A stretch of 64,000 nt of DNA from Faecousia sp. (GTDB lineage Bacteria; Bacillota; Clostridia; Oscillospirales; Oscillospiraceae), in contig JAZRMP010000059.1 of the NCBI GenBank assembly GCA_045647705.1, forward strand, positions 301 through 64,300, in the 5' to 3' direction. The notes beneath the pieces were generated by a model that worked only from the letters and a program-made list of their open reading frames with translations, searched no databases and was not told the origin of the DNA. A program made the position numbers and the translations under genes. Below, one piece after another: positions 55,973 to 64,000 of this stretch (positions within the stretch are counted from its first letter, which is position 1; the number at the start of each line of letters is the position of its first letter).

Positions 55973-57028
55973 ATGAGAAGATTATTTATACTGCTGATCG
56001 CATTGGCATTGCTGCTTGCCGCTTGTGGAAACCAACCGGCGGAGACGGATCCCACCCAGACCGCCCAGACATTATCCGGGGAGCAGGTCAGCACCGTGGG
56101 GATTGCACTGCCGGACCGGGAAACACCCCGTTGGCTGACAGATGGGGCAGCCTTGGCACAGGGGCTGGCAGCGTTGGGAATCCAGGCGGCAGTGGAATAT
56201 GCCGAAGGGGATCCCGTGCTTCAGGCAGAACAGATTGGCCAGATGATTGACCGGAAGGTGGATTGCCTTGTGGTGGCGGCGGTAGACGCACTTATGCTCA
56301 CCCAGACAATAAACCGCGCCCAATCTGAAGGAATCCCGGTGATTGCGTATGACCGTTTGCTGATGAATACCAACGGCGTTACCGGCTGTGTGGCATGGGA
56401 TGTTGGGGCAACAGGTGTTAGCATTGGGCAGTACATTGTTGCAAAAAAACAGCTTGAAACAGCCCAAGCAGAAAACCGCAGCTATACCATTGAATTTTTT
56501 ATGGGTGTGCCCGAGGACCACAATTCCCTTCTGTTCCATCTAGGGCTTATGCAGGTGCTGCAACCCTATCTGGATATGGGGGTTCTTGTGTGCAATTCCG
56601 GAAGACTTTCTTTTGAGGATACCTGTATTCAAAGCGGCACGGAGAAGCAGGCTGTGGAAACTTGTGAAAATATCATAGACCAGTTTTATGTGGAGGCTAT
56701 GCCCGACATTCTTTGTGCTGCAACGGATACGCTGGCAGGTGGCTGCGCCATAGCACTGGAAAAGGCGGGATGCACGCAGGAGCTGTGGCCGTTGATTACC
56801 GGCTACGGTTCTGAGGAGGCAGCAGTTGCCCGTATTGTTTCCGGAAAGCAGGCCGTTACCACATTGGCAGACAGCCAATGGCTCACGGATACCTGTTGTG
56901 CATTGGTAAAACAAGCCCTGGCCGGAGAAGCTTTCCGGCAGGAGCAAACAATCCACAACGGCAACGCACAGATCCCTGCCTACTTGGGCGAAATGGTGCT
57001 GATTGATGCAGAAAACTACCAGGAATAA
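55973..57028 (+). CDS. Sugar ABC substrate-binding lipoprotein (ChvE/XylF-like)
   Basis: LAAC lipobox, GIALP..RW..DG, IPVIAYDRL. Confidence 0.85.
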   Translation: MRRLFILLIALALLLAACGNQPAETDPTQTAQTLSGEQVSTVGIALPDRETPRWLTDGAALAQGLAALGIQAAVEYAEGDPVLQAEQIGQMIDRKVDCLVVAAVDALMLTQTINRAQSEGIPVIAYDRLLMNTNGVTGCVAWDVGATGVSIGQYIVAKKQLETAQAENRSYTIEFFMGVPEDHNSLLFHLGLMQVLQPYLDMGVLVCNSGRLSFEDTCIQSGTEKQAVETCENIIDQFYVEAMPDILCAATDTLAGGCAIALEKAGCTQELWPLITGYGSEEAAVARIVSGKQAVTTLADSQWLTDTCCALVKQALAGEAFRQEQTIHNGNAQIPAYLGEMVLIDAENYQE

Positions 57029-57186
57029 TCCGTCTCGACAGAATAAAATCGCAAGAAAACCACTGATCGCAAGATTGGTGGTTTTTTGCCGAATAATTGG
57101 GAAATAATTTACACAATGTTTATTGATTTGTATTTTGTGAAATGGTATGCTACAACTATAATTGTATCAATTTAAGGAGAATCGGG

Positions 57187-60100
57187 ATGGAAAAATTCAG
57201 TGTCAAAAAACCGTTGACGATCTTTGTGGCGGTGATTGCAGTTTTGGTTTTGGGCGTGGTCGCTTACCTGAAAATGACCCCAGATTTGCTGCCCAATATG
57301 AACTTTCCCTATATTATGATTATGACTACCTATCCCGGTGCAAGCCCGGAAAAGGTGGAATCTGAGCTGACAAAGCCTATGGAGCAGGCAATGTCCACCC
57401 TTGAGCATATCAAAGAGGTATCCTCGACCTCCAGTGAGAACTACTCTATGGTAATGCTGGAGTTTGAGGAATCTGTGAATTTAGATACCATTGGCGTGGA
57501 TATTCAGCAGAGTATCAGCACCCTACAGTCCGGATGGGATGAGATGGTCGGCACGCCTTATGTGCTGAAGATCAATCCGTCTATGCTGCCGGTTATGGTG
57601 GCGGCGGTATCTATGGATGGCATGGACACGGTAGAACTGACACAGTATTTGGATGAATCGCTGCTTCATAAATTGGAGGGAATTACCGGTGTTGCCCGGG
57701 TCAGCACCTCCGGTTCTGTGGTGCAGCAGCTGCATGTGGTTTTGGACCAGGCGAAAATTGACACTATGAACAAATCCATCTCCGATGCGATTAATTCCCA
57801 GATGGATAAAGCTCTGGAGGAGCTAACGAAGACAAAGAAGGATTTGGAAACTGCCCAGGCGCAGATGGAAACCGGAAAGCAGCAGTTGGAAGCCGGCAAA
57901 GCGGCACTGCTGGAACAGACCGCAGGAGCCTCTGCGGAATTGCAGCAACAGCTTGTCCAGTTGGTCAATGGAAAGAGCCAGTTGGAGACGACGCTTTCCT
58001 TGCTGAAGGCAGTACAGTCCGGACTGGAAACACTGGAGGAGCAGAAGGGACGGATTGCGCAGACGATTGAGAATTTAAAACAGCTTCAGCAATCCAATCA
58101 GGAGCTGCAGAAGATGTGGCAGACCTTTCAGGAGCAGATGCAGCAAATCAAGGACAGTGGCATGACCCAAGAGGAGATTGACGCACAGATCGCGGCACTG
58201 AAGGAAAGCCCTGCATACAAACAAATGGAAGCGGAAATGGCAACGCTGGAGGCAAACCTGGCAGCCAACGGTGTTACCGCCGAAACGATCTCTCAGCAGA
58301 TCGAACTTCTGACCGGCTCTCTGGCTTCGATTGGTTCTCAGGCAGAGGCACTGGGCAAGGAGCTTGGCCAGTTTGGTACAACGCTGGAAGATTTGCCCCA
58401 GAAGATTGCACAGATGGAGGACGGCCTTGTTCAGATGGAGCAGGGTATTGAATTGCTCAAGCAGGGGCAGCAGACCTTGAATCAGAAGCAAATGGAAGGT
58501 CTGCTGGAAATGAGCAATGCGGCCACAGAAATGGCAGTTGGCAACGCAACGGTTACCAATGCACTGACCCAGGTAAACAGTGGCATCGAGACTTTGGAAA
58601 CAACCCGGGAGCAGACCCTTGCACAGGCAGACCTTAACCAAATTCTGACCATGGACATGGTCAAAAGTCTGCTGACAGCCCAGAATTTCTCCATGCCGGC
58701 AGGAACCATTTCTCAGGACGATGTAAGCTACATGGTTTCTGTTGGCGATGAGATCACCACCGCCAAAGAGCTGGAGGAACTGCTGCTATTTGATATGGGC
58801 ATGGAGGGAGTAGAGCCTATTTACCTTAGCTCCGTGGCGGCGGTTATGGTTACGGATAACCGGGATGAATCCTATGCAAAACTGGATGGACTGGATAGCA
58901 TCGTACTCAGCTTTGAAAAGCAGAGTACCTATGCTACGGCAGAAACTACGGACAATATTATTAAGCGGTTTGCCGAACTGGAAAATGAAAACCAGGGCCT
59001 GCACTTTGTGGCACTGATGAATCAAGGCGACTATATCTATCTGATTGTGGAAACCATCATCAGCAGCTTGTTGTTGGGAGCGATCTTTGCTATCATTGTG
59101 CTGTTCCTGTTCCTGAAGGACATTCGCCCCACAATTATCACCCTTTGCTCTATTCCCATCAGTGTGGTTTTTGCCATTGTGCTAATGTATTTTTCCGGTG
59201 TTTCCATCAACATGATCTCCCTTTCCGGTCTTGCGGTTGCGGTAGGTATGCTGGTGGATAACTCAGTGGTGGTCATTGAGAACATCTACCGGCTGCGCGC
59301 CAAAGGAGCCAATGTAATCCAGGCAGCAGTATCCGGTGCCCGGCAGGTGGCCGGCGCGGTTACCGCCTCTACCTTAACTACCGTTTGTGTATTTTTACCC
59401 ATTGTTTTTATTGAGGGCATTACTCGGCAGCTTTTTACGGACTTGGCACTGACCATGACCTACGCGCTGATGGCCAGCTTGATCGTTTCTTTGACCTTGG
59501 TACCGGCAATGGCATCGGGTATGCTGCGCAAAGAGAAGAAGACGAAAGACACCTTTATGAGCACCTTTCTTCGGGCTTATGAGAAAGCGGCCGCATGGTC
59601 GTTGGACCATAAGGCGATTGTGCTGTCTGCCTCTGCGGTGCTGCTGGTGATCAGTGCAGTCTGGAGCCTGTCCCGTGGTTTTATCTTCATGCCTGCCATG
59701 GATATGCCCAATGTAAGTGTAACGATCACCATGCCGGAGGATGCAACCATGGACGAGGCAGTGGTGCTTGCTGATGATGTGCTGGCGCGGATCGACACGC
59801 TGGAAGGAATCAAAGCGGCAGGTGCCATGATGTCCTCCGGTGGGGGAAATCTTCTTGGCGGCGGTGGCGAAGCTTACGATGTAACGGTGTATATTACGTT
59901 GGAGGATGATACGGCCTCCGGGGCTGCCATGGGCAAGCGGATTGAAGCCCTTTGTGAAGGTATGGCGTGTCAGGTCAGTGCCGGTTCTGCCATGATGGAT
60001 ATGAGCATGCTTTCCGGCAGTGGTATTAGCCTGGAAATTTATGCCGACGATATGGAGCAGCTTCAGAATGCGGCAAAAAAGGCAGGCCAAGTCCTTGCCG

Positions 60101-61137
60101 GGGTGCATGGCGTGGCAGAGGTCTCTGACGGTCTGGATGAAGTAACTCCGGCACTGCATATTAGTGTGGATCGGAATAAGGCGATGGAAAAGGGCATCAC
60201 TGTTGCGCAAATCTATATGGAACTGGCATCTGCCCTGCAAAACGAATCCTCAGTAACCACATTGGAGCTGGAAGGCACCTCCACGGAGGTGATTATAGAG
60301 AAACCGGAGGGCTCTGTACTGACGGTAAAGGATTTGGAAAGCTATCCTTTTGAAGTAACGGACAAGACAGGCAAAACGGTCAATTTCCTGCTGTCGGACG
60401 TAGCTGTGGTGGAGCAGACCACCAGCTTGAATGCCATTAACCGCCTTTCCCAACGGCGGTATCTGACGGTAAGTGCTTCTTTGGAGGAAGGCAAGAATGT
60501 AACGTTGGTTACGGCAGAGGCACAGAGGGCCATTGCCGGTTCGGATTTGGGCATAGGCGTAACCTATGCCTTTACCGGCGAGAACGAGACGATTATGGAG
60601 GCAGTGGAGCAACTGGGCATTATGCTTCTGTTGGGCGTGCTGTTGGTATATCTGGTTATGGTGGCACAGTTCCAGTCGCTGAAATCCCCCTTTATTGTCA
60701 TGTTCACCATTCCTCTGGCATTTACCGGCGGCTTTATTGCACTGATTCTGTGCGGCATGGAGGTCAGCGTTATTTCCTTAATTGGCTTTGTGATGCTCAC
60801 AGGCATTATCGTCAATAACGGTATCGTTCTGGTGGACTATATTAATCAACTGCGACAGGATGGTATGGCACGTCGGGAGGCGATTCTGGAAGCGGGTAAA
60901 ACCAGAATGCGGCCCATTCTGATGACTACCATTACTACGGTCCTGGGTCTGACTGATATGGCGGTACGCAAAAGCGCGGGTACGGCGCTGATGCAGCCGG
61001 TGGCTGTGGTTTGTATCGGCGGCCTGGTGTATGCCACCGTTATGACGCTGTTTGTGGTACCCTGTATCTACGACATGATGAATAAGAAAGAGTTGCGGAA
61101 GGTTCGCCAAGAGGATCTGGAACTTCTGGATCTATAA
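57187..61137 (+). CDS. RND efflux permease (AcrB/SwrC-like) with a long coiled-coil insertion
   Basis: FSVKKP, YPGASPE.VE, GMLVDNSVVVIENI, GIIVNNGIV, RMRPILMT. Confidence 0.92.
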   Translation: MEKFSVKKPLTIFVAVIAVLVLGVVAYLKMTPDLLPNMNFPYIMIMTTYPGASPEKVESELTKPMEQAMSTLEHIKEVSSTSSENYSMVMLEFEESVNLDTIGVDIQQSISTLQSGWDEMVGTPYVLKINPSMLPVMVAAVSMDGMDTVELTQYLDESLLHKLEGITGVARVSTSGSVVQQLHVVLDQAKIDTMNKSISDAINSQMDKALEELTKTKKDLETAQAQMETGKQQLEAGKAALLEQTAGASAELQQQLVQLVNGKSQLETTLSLLKAVQSGLETLEEQKGRIAQTIENLKQLQQSNQELQKMWQTFQEQMQQIKDSGMTQEEIDAQIAALKESPAYKQMEAEMATLEANLAANGVTAETISQQIELLTGSLASIGSQAEALGKELGQFGTTLEDLPQKIAQMEDGLVQMEQGIELLKQGQQTLNQKQMEGLLEMSNAATEMAVGNATVTNALTQVNSGIETLETTREQTLAQADLNQILTMDMVKSLLTAQNFSMPAGTISQDDVSYMVSVGDEITTAKELEELLLFDMGMEGVEPIYLSSVAAVMVTDNRDESYAKLDGLDSIVLSFEKQSTYATAETTDNIIKRFAELENENQGLHFVALMNQGDYIYLIVETIISSLLLGAIFAIIVLFLFLKDIRPTIITLCSIPISVVFAIVLMYFSGVSINMISLSGLAVAVGMLVDNSVVVIENIYRLRAKGANVIQAAVSGARQVAGAVTASTLTTVCVFLPIVFIEGITRQLFTDLALTMTYALMASLIVSLTLVPAMASGMLRKEKKTKDTFMSTFLRAYEKAAAWSLDHKAIVLSASAVLLVISAVWSLSRGFIFMPAMDMPNVSVTITMPEDATMDEAVVLADDVLARIDTLEGIKAAGAMMSSGGGNLLGGGGEAYDVTVYITLEDDTASGAAMGKRIEALCEGMACQVSAGSAMMDMSMLSGSGISLEIYADDMEQLQNAAKKAGQVLAGVHGVAEVSDGLDEVTPALHISVDRNKAMEKGITVAQIYMELASALQNESSVTTLELEGTSTEVIIEKPEGSVLTVKDLESYPFEVTDKTGKTVNFLLSDVAVVEQTTSLNAINRLSQRRYLTVSASLEEGKNVTLVTAEAQRAIAGSDLGIGVTYAFTGENETIMEAVEQLGIMLLLGVLLVYLVMVAQFQSLKSPFIVMFTIPLAFTGGFIALILCGMEVSVISLIGFVMLTGIIVNNGIVLVDYINQLRQDGMARREAILEAGKTRMRPILMTTITTVLGLTDMAVRKSAGTALMQPVAVVCIGGLVYATVMTLFVVPCIYDMMNKKELRKVRQEDLELLDL

Positions 61138-61318
61138 TAAAAATGCTGCTGTCCCGGACAGCAGCATTTTTGTTGCCAAACACCCACACGGGGGTATCAA
61201 ACGGTCCTGCAAATCAGAAATTGCATCCCTTGTTTGCCTTGCTTTTTGCTTTTGGGTATGGTAAACTGAAACGGTCAGAGAAAAGAAAGGTCGAAAACTG
61301 TCGAAGGGGGGCATATCT

Positions 61319-63031
61319 GTGAAAAACGCATATCGGATCTTTGCAGTTTTTTTGTTGGTTGTCATTTTAGCGGCGACGGTCAGTGCAGCCACCGGTGCCT
61401 CCTCGGTAAACAGCCTTGCAACGGTTGCGGCTGACGGAAGCTGCCAGGTAACAATGACAGTTACCCTGCATCTGGAGCAGCCTATGGAAAAACTGCGCTT
61501 CCCTGTCCCGGCAGATGCCACGGGTATTACCCTGAATGGTTCCCGCACAGGTGCCTCCAAGTCGGCAGACGCCCGGTGGATCGACCTTAACAAACTGGTA
61601 CGAAATGTGGTAGGCGATGTTACCTTCAGCATTAACTACTCTCTTTACAATGTAATTCATACTACAGAAGCAGATACATTGGAAATGCAGGTGCCGATGC
61701 TTGCCGGTTTTGCATACCCTATTGAAGCGATGACGTTCTCCGTTACCATGCCGGGTGAAATTGATGTTCTGCCTGGCTTTATAAGCGGGTATCACCAAGC
61801 CCGGATAGAGGAGGATCTGACCTATACTGTGGAGGGTGCTACGATTTCCGGAAGCACCTTGAAAACACTGAAGGATCACGAAACATTGACTATGACCCTG
61901 GCGGTTACGGAAGAAATGTTCCCCCGGACCATTGCCCAGACAGAGGACTATGGCTTTGGTTATATTGCCATTGCTGTGTGCAGCGGTATTGCGTTGCTCT
62001 ATTGGCTGGTGTCGATGCTGAACCTGCCGGTGTGGTGGCAGTCCAGTGCAGAGCCCCCACAGGGGTTTACTGCCGGGCAGATTGGCTGTGTGGTTGCTGG
62101 GCAAGGCGTGGATATGAGCATGATGGTGCTTTCCTGGGCACAGCTTGGATATGTTCTAATCCAAGTGGAACGTTCCGGGCGTGTATTGCTGCATAAACGG
62201 ATGGATATGGGCAACGAGCGCAGTGAAGCAGAACGCCGGTTGTTTAAGAAGTTGTTCGGAAAGCGGGAGCTGGTGGATACCTCTGGGTATGCATACGCAC
62301 AGCTTTGCCGGGTGGCAGAGGAAAAAACCGCCGGTATGAGTGAAATGATGGCGCGATTTAACGGAAGTCCGGTAATCTTCCGTGGTCTTGCTTCAGGGAT
62401 TGGTCTGTTTGGCGGTGTGTCATTGGCGGTTGCTTTGGCTGGTGGTGCAGCCCTTCAAGGCTTGCTGATTCTGCTGCTGGGTGTCTTGGGTGCCTTTAGT
62501 GGCTGGCATATCCAGAAGGCCGGTAGTGGGATCTTGTTGTGCAGTGTGCGAAAAATCACCCCAGCACTGGTGCTGTGTGGTGTGTGGCTCTTGTTGGGAT
62601 CAATTGCCGGTGCGTTCCCAGTGGCACTGTGGATGGTGCTGGGATTGCTCCTTGCCGGGTTACTCCTTGCTTGGGGTGGTCGGCGGACGGAGCTGGGGCG
62701 GCAGGTGCTTACCCAGACCTTGGGTCTGCGTCATTATTTCTGGACAGCAGACAGGCAGCAGCTCAGGGGCTTTTGCGAAACCGACCCGGATTACTATTTC
62801 CGGTTGGCTCCCTATGCCATGGCTCTTGGGGCAGACAAGCTGTTTGCCAAACGGTTTGGAGGCTACAAACTCAACGGATGTCCCTACCTGACCACCGGGA
62901 TGGATGCCCACATGACGGCATTGCAGTGGTGCGAGATGATGCGGCGCACCGTAGCAGCTATGGATGACCGGGCAGGTAAACTGCCTGTGGAGAAACTACT
63001 GCGGTTGATCCACAGCATTACAAGAGGATAA
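61319..63031 (+). CDS. DUF2207-like membrane protein
   Basis: Signal peptide, beta-rich ectodomain, PPQG, WA..GY, PYA.ALG..FAK.F. Confidence 0.75.
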   Translation: MKNAYRIFAVFLLVVILAATVSAATGASSVNSLATVAADGSCQVTMTVTLHLEQPMEKLRFPVPADATGITLNGSRTGASKSADARWIDLNKLVRNVVGDVTFSINYSLYNVIHTTEADTLEMQVPMLAGFAYPIEAMTFSVTMPGEIDVLPGFISGYHQARIEEDLTYTVEGATISGSTLKTLKDHETLTMTLAVTEEMFPRTIAQTEDYGFGYIAIAVCSGIALLYWLVSMLNLPVWWQSSAEPPQGFTAGQIGCVVAGQGVDMSMMVLSWAQLGYVLIQVERSGRVLLHKRMDMGNERSEAERRLFKKLFGKRELVDTSGYAYAQLCRVAEEKTAGMSEMMARFNGSPVIFRGLASGIGLFGGVSLAVALAGGAALQGLLILLLGVLGAFSGWHIQKAGSGILLCSVRKITPALVLCGVWLLLGSIAGAFPVALWMVLGLLLAGLLLAWGGRRTELGRQVLTQTLGLRHYFWTADRQQLRGFCETDPDYYFRLAPYAMALGADKLFAKRFGGYKLNGCPYLTTGMDAHMTALQWCEMMRRTVAAMDDRAGKLPVEKLLRLIHSITRG

Positions 63032-63169
63032 GATAATTTAATGCCCCGGCGTTCCTTTATGGAATGCCGGGGTGCTTTGTACTGTGCAAACAGGAATTTT
63101 TAGAATTGCTTGCATGATTGGCTTGCGTCCAGTATAATAAATACAGAATGAGAGAAAAGGAGACTGGTT

Positions 63170-63826
63170 ATGGAAATTACGCAAATCCTTTCCAAATGCG
63201 ACCACACACTGCTTTCCCAGACGGCCAAATGGGAGGATATAAAAGCTTTGTGCGATGATGGTATGAAGTACCACACCGCCTCGGTATGTATTCCTGCTTG
63301 CTTTGTTGCACAGGCTAAGAACTATGTGGCAGATCGTTTGCCCATTTGCACCGTTGTGGGTTTTCCCAACGGCTACGCTACCACCGCCGCCAAGTGCTTT
63401 ATGGCTTATGATGCTGTTTCCCACGGCGCAGATGAGGTGGACATGGTCATAAATATTGGTTGGGCGAAGGAAGGAAAGTGGGACGCTATCACCGAGGAGA
63501 TCCGTCAGATCAAAGACCATTGCTGTGGCAAGGTGCTCAAGGTGATCGTGGAGGCGTGCCTGCTTACGGATGAGGAGAAAATCTGCGCCTGCAAGGCGGT
63601 TACGGATGCCGGCGCGGATTATATCAAGACATCCACCGGATTCTCCACCGGCGGCGCAACCTTCCCTGATGTGGAGCTGTTTGCCAAGCATGTTGGCGAG
63701 GGCGTGAAGATCAAGGCCGCCGGGGGCATTTCCACCCTGGAGGACGCGGAGAAGTTTATCGCTCTGGGGGCTGACCGCCTGGGCACCTCCCGGATCGTTA
63801 AACTGGCAAAACAGCAGGAACAATAA
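63170..63826 (+). CDS. deoC: Deoxyribose-phosphate aldolase
   Basis: [43 protein letters not shown]. Confidence 0.96.
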   Translation: MEITQILSKCDHTLLSQTAKWEDIKALCDDGMKYHTASVCIPACFVAQAKNYVADRLPICTVVGFPNGYATTAAKCFMAYDAVSHGADEVDMVINIGWAKEGKWDAITEEIRQIKDHCCGKVLKVIVEACLLTDEEKICACKAVTDAGADYIKTSTGFSTGGATFPDVELFAKHVGEGVKIKAAGGISTLEDAEKFIALGADRLGTSRIVKLAKQQEQ

Positions 63827-63852
63827 TTGACAATTTCCAAGGAGGAATAACC

Positions 63853-64000
63853 ATGTTTCAGACACCTACCCCTCATATCAGCGCAAAGCCCGGGGAGTTT
63901 GGAAAGACCGTTCTCATGCCCGGGGATCCTTTGCGGTCAAAATTTATCGCGGAGAATTTTCTGGAAAATCCGGTTTTGGTAAACAATGTCCGGGGGGTTC
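63853..64000 (+). CDS. deoD: Purine-nucleoside phosphorylase (partial, runs off window)
   Basis: [36 protein letters not shown]; RBS AAGGAGG. Confidence 0.92.
   Translation, partial: MFQTPTPHISAKPGEFGKTVLMPGDPLRSKFIAENFLENPVLVNNVRGV

Noticed and set aside
1-64000. tRNA, rRNA, transposase, integrase, phage or defence genes
   Set aside because: No such signatures recognised by eye; nearly all the sequence is explained by other genes

Overview
Chromosomal backbone of a spore-forming Clostridia bacterium (Oscillospiraceae-like by gene content and style; inference). There are about 55 housekeeping and transport genes: folT-folC, dapA-ddh-lysA, trpB2, recJ-relA-dtd-hemZ, the yab cluster, fhs-fchA-folD, trmB-mnmG, feoAB, panT-coaX and deoC-deoD. 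No rRNA, tRNA, CRISPR, transposase or phage gene was seen. Five recognisable RNA leaders are present: THF, lysine, Trp T-box, cobalamin and ZTP. Most notable: (1) a 3.6-kb three-gene cassette (7155-10762) bracketed by long inverted arms made of stacked hairpins, with no recombinase; (2) a 177-nt 'ladder' element of complementary 9-mers separated by small hairpins inside the left arm; (3) a ZTP riboswitch controlling an uncharacterised DUF1576-like membrane protein next to one-carbon genes; (4) a THF-riboswitch-controlled FolT-FolC transporter-enzyme fusion; (5) five copies of a miniature TIR element with interchangeable REP-like cargo. All family calls are by motif recognition only; no searches were run.
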